DNA of 64,000 bases from Candidatus Iainarchaeum sp. Lineage in GTDB: Archaea; Iainarchaeota; Iainarchaeia; Iainarchaeales; GCA-2688035. The notes beneath the pieces were generated by a model, which was not told where the DNA came from, made no database searches, and worked only from the letters and a program-made list of their open reading frames with translations. The position numbers were made by a program, and so were the translations under genes. Of the stretch, positions 54,543-64,000 are shown piece by piece. Position 1 is the first letter of the stretch. Each line of letters begins with the position of its first letter. The stretch spans positions 44,036 to 108,035 of the forward strand of contig NZBU01000005.1 of the NCBI GenBank assembly GCA_002688035.1, in the 5' to 3' direction.

Positions 54543-54851
54543 TTATTCCTTTAGCTCTATCTCAACATGCACTGCTTCAGGAATCTCAACCCTGAGTATT
54601 CTTCGCAGTGTTCTCTCATCAGCTTCAATATCAATTAGGCGCTTGTGAATGCGCATCTGCCATCGTTCATAGGATTCTGTGCCTCCGCCTGATGGAGACT
54701 TTCTGGTTGGCACAACCAGTTTTTTTGTAGGAAGTGGAATTGCGCCAGAATGTTTTACCCCTGTTCTCTCAGCAACATCCAAGATCTTGTTAGCGATCTC
54801 TGTAAGCTGCTCGTAATCAGGACTGGTCAGTTTTATCCTGGCTTTTTGCAT
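54543..54851 (-). CDS. rps10: 30S ribosomal protein S10 (uS10)
   Basis: ARIKLTSPDYEQL..GAIPLPTKKLVVPTRKSP.G.G..S.ERWQMRIHKRLIDI. Confidence 0.95.
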   Translation of the reverse strand: MQKARIKLTSPDYEQLTEIANKILDVAERTGVKHSGAIPLPTKKLVVPTRKSPSGGGTESYERWQMRIHKRLIDIEADERTLRRILRVEIPEAVHVEIELKE

Positions 54852-54904
54852 TTCCCATAACCTCTACTTTTTTTAAAACCCAAAAATGAAAAAAGGGAAA
54901 ATTT

Positions 54905-54930
54905 GGAAAGCAATAAAAGCACTGCTTTCC
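54905..54930 (-). terminator. Hairpin plus T-tracts between tuf and rps10 (terminator/attenuator candidate)
   Basis: 8-bp stem GGAAAGCA/TGCTTTCC, 11 nt after the EF-1alpha stop. On the minus strand it is followed by TTTTCCCTTTTTTCATTTTTGGGTTTT. Confidence 0.4.
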
Positions 54931-54941
54931 GCTTTCTACTT

Positions 54942-56213
54942 TTACTTTTCTCTAGGTGTTACTTCCAACACGATTCCAGCTGCAACTGTAGCACCCATAT
55001 CCCTAATAGCGAACCTGCCTAGCTGTGGGAATTTCTTGTACTCTTCCACAACAACCGGGGCTGTTGGCACAATCTTTACGATTGCCGCGTCGCCTGTCTT
55101 TAGGAATTTTGGATTTTCCTCCTTTACTTGGCCTGTCTTTGGATCCAGCTTTTTCTGAATCTCTGTTATTGTACAGCTTAGCTGTGCAGTGTGCAAGTGG
55201 AACACTGGAGTATATCCAACTGGAATTGCTGTAGGGTGTGCCAGCACAACAATCTGTGCTATAAACTCCTTTGCAACTGTAGGTGGATCGCGCTCATGTC
55301 CTACAACATCGCCTCTTGCAACATCGCCTTTTCCAAGTCCTCTAACATTGAAACCAATGTTGTCACCTGGCTTTGCATCTGGCAACTGCTCGTGGTGCAT
55401 TTCGACCGTTTTTACCTCTCCTTTTACTCCAGGAGGGTTAATAATGATCTTGTCACCTGGCTTGATTATTCCTGTTTCAACTCTGCCAACTGGGACTGTT
55501 CCAACACCCTTGATGTTATAAACATCCTGGATTGGTAGTCTCAATGGCTTGCCGGTTGGTAGCTCTGATGCTTTGAACTCGTCCAATGCATCAATAAGGG
55601 TTTGGCCCTTATACCATGACAATTTGTCGCTCTTTTTGACAACATTGTCGCCAACCCAAGCTGAAACTGGGATGAATCTAAGGTTTTCTTCTTTAAACCC
55701 AACACCCATTAGAAGCTTTTTCGCAGAATCTTCAACTTCCTTGAATTTTGCTTCTTCAAAGTTGACTTCATCCATCTTGTTTATTGCAACAATAATCTGC
55801 TTCAATCCCATAACTTGGGCTAGAAAAGCGTGCTCTTTTGTCTGTGGCTGTACGCCCTCTTTTGCAGCAATCACAAGTACAGCAGCATCAGCTTGTGATG
55901 TTCCTGTAATCATGTTTTTGACAAAGTCTTTGTGTCCAGGGGCATCAATAATAGTAAAATTATTCTTTTTACCCTCGAACTTCTTGTAAGCAACGTCAAT
56001 GGTTACTCCCCTTTCTCTTTCCTCTTTCAGGTTGTCCATTGCGTATGCAAAGGCAAATGTTCCTTTTCCTTTCTCTTTTGCCTCCGCTTCAAGCTTTCTG
56101 TAGTCCTGTTCGGATAGTGCTCCTGAATCATACAAGAGTCTTCCTACCAGTGTACTTTTTCCATGATCAACGTGACCAATGAAAACCAAATTCAAATGCG
56201 GTTTTTCCGCCAT
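54942..56213 (-). CDS. tuf: Elongation factor 1-alpha (aEF-1A)
   Basis: [29 protein letters not shown]. Confidence 0.97.
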   Translation of the reverse strand: MAEKPHLNLVFIGHVDHGKSTLVGRLLYDSGALSEQDYRKLEAEAKEKGKGTFAFAYAMDNLKEERERGVTIDVAYKKFEGKKNNFTIIDAPGHKDFVKNMITGTSQADAAVLVIAAKEGVQPQTKEHAFLAQVMGLKQIIVAINKMDEVNFEEAKFKEVEDSAKKLLMGVGFKEENLRFIPVSAWVGDNVVKKSDKLSWYKGQTLIDALDEFKASELPTGKPLRLPIQDVYNIKGVGTVPVGRVETGIIKPGDKIIINPPGVKGEVKTVEMHHEQLPDAKPGDNIGFNVRGLGKGDVARGDVVGHERDPPTVAKEFIAQIVVLAHPTAIPVGYTPVFHLHTAQLSCTITEIQKKLDPKTGQVKEENPKFLKTGDAAIVKIVPTAPVVVEEYKKFPQLGRFAIRDMGATVAAGIVLEVTPREK

Positions 56214-56337
56214 AGCAAATTACCTCCAATTACAAATTCGCCACCAGTTTTTTTTAAGGGAAAAATTGGAAACCACCGACTAAGTATTCTGCTTTCAAAA
56301 CCTTTAAAAAAGAATGCTTCAAGCAGTGTTTTTGGCC

Positions 56338-58530
56338 CTATTCAAGGAAGAATTCTGCGCTCTTCACAGTTTTGTCCAAGCCCTTTCTCTCGCGCACTTG
56401 CAACACAACTTGGTTTTGTAGTTCGCGTGGCAGTGGCTCATAACCATAATATTCTGCGGTCCAGATTGCTCTGCCCTGAGTCGCACCCCTCATGTCAGCA
56501 GAGAACCCAATTAGCTCTTTTACAGGGGCTTTTGCAATAATAATGCTGCTGTCGCCCTCCTGATTCATCTCGGTTATTTGGGTTCTTTTTGTGCTAAGTT
56601 CTTTTGTCACTGCACCCATAAGGTCCTGCGGGGCATTGATTGTAAGAATCTGCTTTGGCTCCAATAATATTGGATTTGCCGAAAGCATGCAAGCATAAAT
56701 CGTTCTGGTTGTAAGCGGCAGGATCTGTGCTGGGCCCCTGTGTATTGCGTCTTCGTGAAGTTTTGCGTCCTCCAAGTAAACCATCATTCCCATGCATCTT
56801 TCTTTTGCAAGTGGCCCTTCTCTCATTGCGTCTTCAAATCCCTGTATAACAAGTTCTCTGATTTCATGCAGTGCAACAATACCACGACTTGCGTCAACCA
56901 AAACATTGTTGTTTGAAACCGCCCAGATTTTCCTGCTAGTGTCTCTACCAAATCCGCATTCCTGGAATCTGGCCATTGTTGCAGGGTCCTTTAGCTTTAC
57001 CTTACCCTCAATCTTCAGTTCAACAAGTTTTTCATAAATCTTTGGATCCATTGGTTCTACACTAATCTTGAACTTGTTGTGTTTGTTAGGACTCTTTCCC
57101 TCCAAAGTAGGGCTTTCTTTTGTGATTGCTTCCCTATACACAACAATTGGTGGGCTAACCTCAATTGGAATACTATGATCTTTCTCGATCCTGTACTGTG
57201 TTATTTCCAAGTGCAGTTCTCCCATTCCAGAGATAAGGTGTTCTCCTGTCTCCTGGTTTAGTGTTGCTATGATATTTGGATCTTCTTTTGTAATCTGTCT
57301 AATAACCTCAATTAGCTTTGGCAAATCCTTGGTTTGCTTTGGTTCAACGCTAACAGTCATTACTGGCTCTGTATTGCTCTTAAAGCTCTCGAATGGCTGC
57401 ATTTCAACTTCGCTGATTGTTTCGCCTGCAAACACTTCTTTGCCTCCGACAATACACCCAATGTTTCCGGCTGGAACAGCGTCTACTCCAATTCGCTCTG
57501 GGCCCATGAACACTCCAACTTGCTGCACTCCGATTTCTTTCTTGCTTGTAACAAGCTTTACTTTCATCCCAGGTTTCATTGTGCCACTGTAAACACGGCC
57601 TGTTGCAATGTCTCCGGCGTGGGGGTCAACACTCACATCTGTTACCATCATTGCAAATGGCGCATTCTCATCACAAGTGAGCATTCCTTTGGCAATTTCC
57701 TCTTCACCTTCACCCTTCCAAATATTTGGAATTCTGTATTTTTGAGCGTCTTTTGGGTTTGGCAAGTGTGTTATAACCATTTCCAGTATTGCTTCGTAAA
57801 GCGGGCTTTTTTGCGCAAGCTCTTTTTGCTTGTCTTCTTTTAAATAATTGTAAACATCGGAGAAACCGATTTTTGTGCGCTGCATTTGTGGTACACTAAC
57901 AGCCCAGTTGTAGTAGGCAGAGCCAAAGCAAACGCTTCCATCCTCAACCTTCACAAGCCACTTGTCCTTGAATTGCTCTGGCGCATTCTTCTTAATGAGA
58001 TTGTTAACTTTTGCAATTGTTTTCACAAAGCGCTCCTGCATCTGCTTCTCGTCAAGCTGCAGTTCGTTAATAAGCCTATCAACCTTGTTGATGAAAAGTG
58101 TGGGCTGTACATTCTCTTTCAAAGCCTGTCTTATAACTGTTTCAGTTTGAGGCATTGTTCCCTCAACCGCGTCAACAACCACGATAACTCCGTCAACTGC
58201 ACGCATTGCGCGAATTACATCCCCGCCAAAGTCAACGTGCCCAGGAGTATCAATAACGTTAATCAAATACTGGTCATCTTTGTACTCGTGTACAAGTGAA
58301 ATATTTGCAGCATTAATTGTTATTCCGCGCTCTTGCTCCAGTTCATAGGAGTCCATAAAAAGCTGTTTTCCAGCCAGCTCGTTGCTGATCAATCCAACGG
58401 CTGCAATCAGGTTATCTGTCATAGTGGTTTTTCCATGGTCGATGTGTGCCACTATTCCAATATTTCTAATGTATTCTCTGTTTAGCATTAGATCTGATGC
58501 AAGTTTAACCATGTCCTCTTTTCGACCCAT
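56338..58530 (-). CDS. fusA: Elongation factor 2 (aEF-2)
   Basis: IRNIGIVAHIDHGKTT, IDTPGHVDF, diphthamide loop HEDAIHRGPAQ. Confidence 0.97.
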   Translation of the reverse strand: MGRKEDMVKLASDLMLNREYIRNIGIVAHIDHGKTTMTDNLIAAVGLISNELAGKQLFMDSYELEQERGITINAANISLVHEYKDDQYLINVIDTPGHVDFGGDVIRAMRAVDGVIVVVDAVEGTMPQTETVIRQALKENVQPTLFINKVDRLINELQLDEKQMQERFVKTIAKVNNLIKKNAPEQFKDKWLVKVEDGSVCFGSAYYNWAVSVPQMQRTKIGFSDVYNYLKEDKQKELAQKSPLYEAILEMVITHLPNPKDAQKYRIPNIWKGEGEEEIAKGMLTCDENAPFAMMVTDVSVDPHAGDIATGRVYSGTMKPGMKVKLVTSKKEIGVQQVGVFMGPERIGVDAVPAGNIGCIVGGKEVFAGETISEVEMQPFESFKSNTEPVMTVSVEPKQTKDLPKLIEVIRQITKEDPNIIATLNQETGEHLISGMGELHLEITQYRIEKDHSIPIEVSPPIVVYREAITKESPTLEGKSPNKHNKFKISVEPMDPKIYEKLVELKIEGKVKLKDPATMARFQECGFGRDTSRKIWAVSNNNVLVDASRGIVALHEIRELVIQGFEDAMREGPLAKERCMGMMVYLEDAKLHEDAIHRGPAQILPLTTRTIYACMLSANPILLEPKQILTINAPQDLMGAVTKELSTKRTQITEMNQEGDSSIIIAKAPVKELIGFSADMRGATQGRAIWTAEYYGYEPLPRELQNQVVLQVRERKGLDKTVKSAEFFLE

Positions 58531-58540
58531 TTTACCACCT

Positions 58541-59143
58541 TTATCTTGAAGCCTTTGCTATTCGCTCAACTTCGTCTCGCCTCTTTACACTAAAGCTCTT
58601 ACTATCCTCTGTAGAAGCAATAATTAGTTCTTCCGCCAGTGCTGTGGAGGCCGACTTCTTATTGTTGAATGATGCTGCAAAAGCTGAAATCGCAATATTC
58701 TTCAATGACTCATCCACACGTGTTAATGGCGCAACATCAACAGCCTGACTGTAAACTATTCCACCTTTCTTTACACGCGTAACATCTTCTCTTGGAGCAG
58801 AGTTCTCAATTGCCTTAACCAAAACCTGCACAGGGTTCTGCTGTGTTCTCTTCTCAATTATTTCAAAAGCATTTTCAATTATTTCCATTGCCTGCAGTTT
58901 TTTCCCGCAGCTATCTCTTCCCCTAATATACTTTCCACTTAGTTTTCTTTTTCCCTGTCCGCTTCTCATAGTCTTGTTAATCAGTCTTTCAACAATGTCA
59001 ATCTGCCCCTTTTCAAATCTTTTCTTGGCCTTTTTTCCAAATGTGTGTGGAACAATCTTAATGTCCAAGTTCATGTACTTTGCAAGTCCAGCATCTGACA
59101 CCACGACTTCGCTAGTATCCCATTTTCCAAAAGCCATTGACAT
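58541..59143 (-). CDS. rps7: 30S ribosomal protein S7 (uS7)
   Basis: VPHTFGKKAKKRF..NKTMRSGQGKRKLSGK..AIENSAPREDVT. Confidence 0.95.
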   Translation of the reverse strand: MSMAFGKWDTSEVVVSDAGLAKYMNLDIKIVPHTFGKKAKKRFEKGQIDIVERLINKTMRSGQGKRKLSGKYIRGRDSCGKKLQAMEIIENAFEIIEKRTQQNPVQVLVKAIENSAPREDVTRVKKGGIVYSQAVDVAPLTRVDESLKNIAISAFAASFNNKKSASTALAEELIIASTEDSKSFSVKRRDEVERIAKASR

Positions 59144-59148
59144 AAAAA

Positions 59149-59577
59149 TTACCTCTTTGTCTTCTCTTTTCTCCCTGTTCTGAGCATTTCAAGGCTCTGG
59201 TTGTTTACATGCGTAACCCTGTATTTCACGCCCCAAAGATCTCCCTTTGGGCCTTTTTGTGCCCCACCAATTCCCTCTATCTTCACTTCGTCGTGCTCGT
59301 CGATAAACTTTATTGCTCCGTCTCCCGGAGCCAGTGCTGTCAACTGTTTTCCATTCTTGATAAGCTGTACCCTCACGCATTTCCTGATGCCTGAGTTTGG
59401 CTGTTTTGCCGTTACACCGCGCTTTTCTATTACGATTCCACGAGCCTGTGGTGAACCTTCTAGAAGATCGAACTTTTTGTCAAGTCCTCTTTGCTTGCGC
59501 TTGTAGTATGGCTCTTTCCAACGCCACTTTTTTCTCTCGTCTTCCAACTGCCTTCCTGCAAATTCTCCGCGACCCAT
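59149..59577 (-). CDS. rps12: 30S ribosomal protein S12 (uS12)
   Basis: [47 protein letters not shown]. Confidence 0.96.
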   Translation of the reverse strand: MGRGEFAGRQLEDERKKWRWKEPYYKRKQRGLDKKFDLLEGSPQARGIVIEKRGVTAKQPNSGIRKCVRVQLIKNGKQLTALAPGDGAIKFIDEHDEVKIEGIGGAQKGPKGDLWGVKYRVTHVNNQSLEMLRTGRKEKTKR

Positions 59578-59581
59578 TTTA

Positions 59582-59995
59582 TCACTTCAATCTCAATTCA
59601 TGTAATCCATAATTTCTTTTTGCAATCTCTTTTATTCTCTTAAATCTTCCTAAGTTGCTTAACAATTTTCTTTTTTCCCCTGCATCAAGCACAACAAAAC
59701 CGTTTTTTCTATCCTCGTTCTCAACTATTTCAACGGATTTTATTTTCACAGTGTAAAGGGCTTTTTTCACAAATTCTTCCGGATTATCTCCTTGTTCAAG
59801 TATTTCAATGTTTTTTCCAAATTTTTTTCTAAGGGTATTTACATTGCAGGCGTTCTTTCCAACGGCCTTTCCAACATCCCCCTTCTTTACAAGAAACACC
59901 ACACTGTTTCCTTGTACAATAACATCCTTTGCAACTGCACCTGAAATGCTGTCGAAGACGTTGATATAAAAGATTTCGTCACTGCCTAACTTCAT
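59582..59995 (-). CDS. nusA: Archaeal NusA homologue (two KH domains)
   Basis: 137 aa with [11 protein letters not shown] (GxxG KH motif). It sits in the conserved slot between rpl30e and rps12. Confidence 0.88.
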   Translation of the reverse strand: MKLGSDEIFYINVFDSISGAVAKDVIVQGNSVVFLVKKGDVGKAVGKNACNVNTLRKKFGKNIEILEQGDNPEEFVKKALYTVKIKSVEIVENEDRKNGFVVLDAGEKRKLLSNLGRFKRIKEIAKRNYGLHELRLK

Positions 59996-60006
59996 TTGTT
60001 TTTACC

Positions 60007-60309
60007 TTATTTTTTTTTGACTGCGTCCAAAATCTTGCTCTTTCCTTCTTTTTCAACGCCTAATACGGATACCACAAATGGCTTTCCGCAAATGTTTCCA
60101 AGTGCCAGTCCGTTTCCCTCAAACTCGAGAATTGGAATTTGACTAACACCACACAATTGCTGTAATCGCTCCTTCAATTGTGCAGGAGTGTTACTGCTAA
60201 TAACAATTAATTTAGCGGTAGCCTTTAAAACACTTTTCTCGGCTTCTTTCACTCCAAACAATACTGTTCCAGTGTCTACGGCACGCCTTATCTCTCTGTT
60301 TACATCCAC
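60007..60309 (-). CDS. rpl30e: 50S ribosomal protein L30e (eL30)
   Basis: IRRAVDTGTVLFGVKEAEKSVLKATAKLIVISSN..LGNICGKPFVVSVLGV. Confidence 0.93.
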   Translation of the reverse strand: MDVNREIRRAVDTGTVLFGVKEAEKSVLKATAKLIVISSNTPAQLKERLQQLCGVSQIPILEFEGNGLALGNICGKPFVVSVLGVEKEGKSKILDAVKKK

Positions 60310-60323
60310 TCTTAATCCCCCAA

Positions 60324-61577
60324 TTACTTCGTCATTGTCAATTCGACTATGCCTGTTCCAACCTTTATTGGCTGGCCAACAATAATATTTTCTACTACAC
60401 CCTCTAGCCTCTCGCGCTCTCCTTTAAAGCTCGCGTCCAACAAGTGTTTAACCGTCTCCTCAAAGGCCGCTCTTGCAAACGGACTGCTTTTACCTCTTGT
60501 AATACCGGTTCTGACAATTCCCTTTACAGAACCTGTGTAGGTCATCAAATCCGCGAGCAGAATGATGTGCCTCAAGTCAATTAGAATCCCGTTCTCATCC
60601 AATGTTTTGTGCAATTCATTCACAATCATTAATCTGCCTGCTTCAATTCCAAGGGTCTTACTGACCTCTATAATGTCATTTGTAGTGGTTCTGCTACTGT
60701 CAATCTCATCCATCTTTAACACTATTTTTAGGTTGCTGCCACTTGTTTTTATCACAAACTCGCCGTGCTCCTCTGAAACAATCGACTTTTCGATTCCCTT
60801 TACTCCCTGGACCTTTGAGTTCATGAATTTGAGTATGTTTTTCCTGATTTTCAAGAGGGCTTCTTTTTGCGGGAAAACAAACTCAATGCTGTTCTTTCTT
60901 TGCGAAGCCTTTGCGTCCTTTATCCCACTTTTTATGGTTGAAATCAGTTCTTTTACATCCATGCCATTTTCCTTTACTGCTTCCTCGTTAACCGTTACAA
61001 TGATTCTCTTCTTTGCAAAGTCTTCCTGGAGTTTTACAACTTCCTCCATTCTAACATCTATAAGTGTTTTTCCAAATGCCTCGGCCTTATCGTGGTCTGC
61101 GCGAAGCTTCTCGTTCAAAAAGATTGTCATCGTAGGGTACTTGGATTTACTTCTTCCATCCACAATCTCCTCAACCCTCTGGATTCCTGATCCAACACTA
61201 ACCTCTGCTGCTCCGGCATAGTGTTTTGTTCTAAGTGTCAATTGTGTTCCAGGTTCTCCAAGACTTTGTGCGGCCACAATTCCGACTGCTTCTCCTGCCT
61301 CAACATTTATGCCTTCAAAGTGGTTCTTGATAATGTCAATAAAATCGTCTGTCCTCTGCTTGTTGAGGTTCTCTCTTTCAGCAATAACCGCTATGGCATC
61401 CATAACGCTCTTTGTCAAAGGCAGGCCTTCCCATGTTTCCTTTTTCACAGGCTCTATTTCCCGCACAACTTCCTTCTTTGGCTTTTTCTCAGTTGCCTTC
61501 TTCTTTTTCACAGGCTTCTTCGCCTTCTTTGCCGGGGCTTTTGCCTTTGCTTTTTTCTTTTCAACCATATCAATCAC
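60324..61577 (-). CDS. rpoA2: DNA-directed RNA polymerase subunit A'' (Rpo1C) with K/A-rich N-terminal extension
   Basis: [28 protein letters not shown] and [16 protein letters not shown] motifs. The first ~45 aa are a K/A/P low-complexity tract. Confidence 0.94.
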   Translation of the reverse strand: MIDMVEKKKAKAKAPAKKAKKPVKKKKATEKKPKKEVVREIEPVKKETWEGLPLTKSVMDAIAVIAERENLNKQRTDDFIDIIKNHFEGINVEAGEAVGIVAAQSLGEPGTQLTLRTKHYAGAAEVSVGSGIQRVEEIVDGRSKSKYPTMTIFLNEKLRADHDKAEAFGKTLIDVRMEEVVKLQEDFAKKRIIVTVNEEAVKENGMDVKELISTIKSGIKDAKASQRKNSIEFVFPQKEALLKIRKNILKFMNSKVQGVKGIEKSIVSEEHGEFVIKTSGSNLKIVLKMDEIDSSRTTTNDIIEVSKTLGIEAGRLMIVNELHKTLDENGILIDLRHIILLADLMTYTGSVKGIVRTGITRGKSSPFARAAFEETVKHLLDASFKGERERLEGVVENIIVGQPIKVGTGIVELTMTK

Positions 61578-64000
61578 TTCTTTTTCTTAAAGAGTCTGAA
61601 CTCTTCCTCAATGTCAACGCTCTTTCCTCTTATAGTGTTCATTGGGAATACTCCGTCTTCCCCATACTTGTATTGCACAATGCCCTTGTCCGCAGTTCTC
61701 ACTGTTCCGTCATGGTTAACCATCAAATCCTTCAAACTGTTTGCAAGTCTCCTGTACAAGTAACCAGAAACCTTTGTTGAAACACCGGTGTCAACTTCTC
61801 CCTGGCGTCCACCCATGCTGTGGTAGAAGAACTCTTTTGCGTTCATGCCCTCCATGAAGTTTGCGTCAATAAATCCGCCTGCATTAACTCCAACATCGTT
61901 TCTCTCGTTCAAAGCTGTAAGTCTTCCCTGGAAACCACGTCTTGGCCTTCCCTCCCTTACAGAGGCCTGTCCCCAAAATCCTGCGATGTTCATCAGGTTT
62001 ATGCTGCTTCCGCGGCTTCCTGATAGAATCATAACCATTGTGTTGAACTCAGGGTTTTTGCCTAAAACCGGCTCTAGTTTTTCTTTCATAATCTCTTTCT
62101 GCAGCTTGTCCTTACTCCCAGCTGCCAGGCGCATCATTCCTAATTCAAAGCTCTCTGCAAGCGTTCTGCCCGGAATGTGCTTTAGGGTTCCTCTCTTGTA
62201 CTTGTCAACAAGCTTCTTGCCCTCTTCTCTTACCTCTTCAATAATCTTCTTTCTCTTAACCTTTATCTTGTCGCTGACCTCATACTCATCCAAACCAACA
62301 GTCATTCCCTTCATTGTAAGTAATGGACATATAATGTGCATTACGCGTGAGTAGAATTCTTCTATAACTTCGCTTGGATAGTTTCTTGCAATTGTGTCAA
62401 CAATTCGCCCTTCAGCTTCTCCAAGTGAAATGCCGTCAATCACACCTGCTTTCAACTGACCCTTTTCAATTTTTAGGTATGCATCAAACTGGCACTTTTC
62501 CTTTACACAGTTCTTGCACAGGCCACTCTTCTTTATTACCTTACAAGTTGTTGTTTGGTATTCCAAATCAAGGTCTTTTGGCAGTAACTGTGAAAACAAA
62601 ATCTTTCCTGAATAATTCTTGCCCCTATCAGGCTTTGGCAGGTCCGTAATTCCAATCTCGTAGAAGTAGCGCATTGCCTCATCTCTGCTGAATTCTGTGG
62701 AATTAAGTGTTAGAATATAGAGTCCTGAAACACCGTCCTCATCAAGAATGATTACAGGTGCACCATATCTGGGGGAAATAACCTGGTTGCGCACATACAT
62801 TAGTTCTTTTGCCTCTGTTTTTCCTTCTTCGGTTTGGGGCACATGGATGTTCATCTCGTCTCCATCAAAATCCGCGTTGTAAGGCTTACAAACAATAGGA
62901 TTAATTCTAAGTGTTTTTCCAGGCATTACCCTTACCTTGTGGGCAAGCATGCTCAGCCTGTGCAGTGAAGGCTGTCTGTTGAACAGAACAATATCTCCAC
63001 CCCTCAATCTTCTCTCAATCTTGTAGCCAACATCGATTTCTTCGATAATCTCTTTCTTGTTGTTCTCATCAATCTTCTTCCTCGTGTTGTCAGGCCTAAT
63101 CAAGTAAACTGCTCTATCAGGCTCTTTCACAAGTTTGATTATATTTTTCTTGTTCCACTCTGTCACAATCTCTAGAACAGTTAGATCCCTTGCAATTGAC
63201 TCCGGAATCCCAATCTCGCTAATGTCAATGAATGGGTCAGGGGTTACGGTTGAACGTGCGGCAAAGTTAACTCTCTTTCCTGTTAGGTTGTGTCTGAAGC
63301 GACCTTTCTTTCCTTTGAGGCGCTGTACAAGTGTTCTAAGTGCTCTTCCACTTCTGTGTTTTGCAGGTGGCACACCAGCAGTATTGTTGTCAATGTAAGT
63401 TGTAACGTGATATTGCAGCAAGTCCCACAAATCCTCAATAATTAGTTGTGGTGCCCCTGCATCAATATTGTCCTTCAAACGCAAGTTAATTCTGATAATG
63501 TCAACGAGCTTGTGTGTTAAATCATCCTCACTCTTTATTCCTGATTCAAGTGTAATGCTTGGTCTAATTGTTATTGGCGGAACAGGCAGAACATTGACAA
63601 TAAACCACTCCGGCCTAATTCTTTCCTGTGAGTAACCAAAAAGCTTTAAGTCTGTGTCAGGAATCTTTTCAATCCACTCTCTGATTTGTGTTGGATAAAT
63701 TCTTTCTTTCTCCAAGAAGAAGTTTGTTGGCTTGTCAAGCAAAATCTTGTCCTTTACAGTTTTACAGTGCGGGCATTTCTTAACTTTCTTTGCCCTGAGA
63801 ACTATTTTCTTTGGAATGCTCTCGCTGTTCTCTGGTTTGGTTTGCAGTTCGTTATGCAAAGTCTGTAATTTGTCCTCTGGCAACACTATTCTACCGCATG
63901 ACTGACAGGTTGCGTGCATCAAAATTTCAACTTTTCTTGAGAACTCGCTGTGAATAACTGGTCTTTCCAACTCAAGGCTTCCAAAGTGTCCTGGGCACTG
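61574..64000 (-). CDS. rpoA1: DNA-directed RNA polymerase subunit A' (Rpo1N), N-terminus outside window
   Basis: The frame stays open to the window edge (..[17 protein letters not shown]). [10 protein letters not shown] catalytic loop, [10 protein letters not shown]. Confidence 0.95.
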   Translation of the reverse strand, partial: QCPGHFGSLELERPVIHSEFSRKVEILMHATCQSCGRIVLPEDKLQTLHNELQTKPENSESIPKKIVLRAKKVKKCPHCKTVKDKILLDKPTNFFLEKERIYPTQIREWIEKIPDTDLKLFGYSQERIRPEWFIVNVLPVPPITIRPSITLESGIKSEDDLTHKLVDIIRINLRLKDNIDAGAPQLIIEDLWDLLQYHVTTYIDNNTAGVPPAKHRSGRALRTLVQRLKGKKGRFRHNLTGKRVNFAARSTVTPDPFIDISEIGIPESIARDLTVLEIVTEWNKKNIIKLVKEPDRAVYLIRPDNTRKKIDENNKKEIIEEIDVGYKIERRLRGGDIVLFNRQPSLHRLSMLAHKVRVMPGKTLRINPIVCKPYNADFDGDEMNIHVPQTEEGKTEAKELMYVRNQVISPRYGAPVIILDEDGVSGLYILTLNSTEFSRDEAMRYFYEIGITDLPKPDRGKNYSGKILFSQLLPKDLDLEYQTTTCKVIKKSGLCKNCVKEKCQFDAYLKIEKGQLKAGVIDGISLGEAEGRIVDTIARNYPSEVIEEFYSRVMHIICPLLTMKGMTVGLDEYEVSDKIKVKRKKIIEEVREEGKKLVDKYKRGTLKHIPGRTLAESFELGMMRLAAGSKDKLQKEIMKEKLEPVLGKNPEFNTMVMILSGSRGSSINLMNIAGFWGQASVREGRPRRGFQGRLTALNERNDVGVNAGGFIDANFMEGMNAKEFFYHSMGGRQGEVDTGVSTKVSGYLYRRLANSLKDLMVNHDGTVRTADKGIVQYKYGEDGVFPMNTIRGKSVDIEEEFRLFKKKK

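Noticed and set aside
56660-56760. EF-2 diphthamide loop reads HRGPAQ rather than the eukaryotic HRGGGQ, which might indicate loss of diphthamide.
   Set aside because: The modified His is retained, and HRGPAQ is, to my recollection, the normal archaeal form of this loop. I do not consider it an anomaly.
12661-64000. Dozens of plus-strand ORFs of 60-235 aa in the track, for example 40689..41396, 43186..43689, 32717..33331, 24720..25274 and 60562..61221.
   Set aside because: All lie antisense to well-supported minus-strand genes. Their products are F/S/L-rich low-complexity strings, as expected from reading K/E-rich codons (AAG/GAA) backwards. None has an SD or promoter context.
1-64000. Search for CRISPR arrays, cas genes, toxin-antitoxin pairs, restriction or defence systems, transposases and rRNA genes.
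   Set aside because: No regularly spaced direct repeats were seen, and no recognisable defence or transposition proteins. The single PIN protein is the conserved Fcf1-like gene of the aIF2gamma-rpoE cluster, not a VapC with a partner antitoxin.

Overview
This window is archaeal and AT-rich by eye; GC content was not computed. The gene content and compact gene sizes suggest a small-genome, DPANN-like lineage, but that is an inference only. About 51 kb (12.6-64 kb) is one almost gap-free block of minus-strand genes. It joins the classical archaeal information-processing operons in this order:
- rpoA'/A''-L30e-NusA-S12-S7-EF2-EF1alpha-S10
- L3 through L15, then SecY
- L34e-L14e-S13-S4-S11-RpoD
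- an intron-containing tRNA-Leu
- L18e-L13-S9-RpoN-S2
- L7Ae-S28e-L24e-Ndk-Dut-aIF5B-S6e-aIF2gamma-PIN-RpoE'-Spt4-S24e-S27ae
- the t6A genes Sua5 and Kae1

The first 12.5 kb is a mixed-strand region of envelope and membrane genes: SecF/SecD, a mini archaeosortase-like gene, CarS, SppA, DUF92, ValRS-Bud32, an HExxH membrane protein and an APC permease.

I found no CRISPR array, rRNA, transposase or recognisable defence system.

The non-core content that deserves a second look is:
- a LAGLIDADG intein splitting RtcB exactly at its metal-binding Cys, with archease next to it
- an RpiB-Nudix fusion
- a secreted protein of three ~120-aa Cys-framed repeats with a C-terminal anchor, possibly the substrate of the archaeosortase-like gene
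- an R/W-rich orphan protein translationally coupled to GluRS
- Lys/Glu-rich tails on many ribosomal and RNA polymerase proteins
- a TATA-to-oligo-T bracketed candidate small RNA
- several sub-70-aa ORFs

Functions are assigned by reading motifs in the supplied translations. No database search was run.
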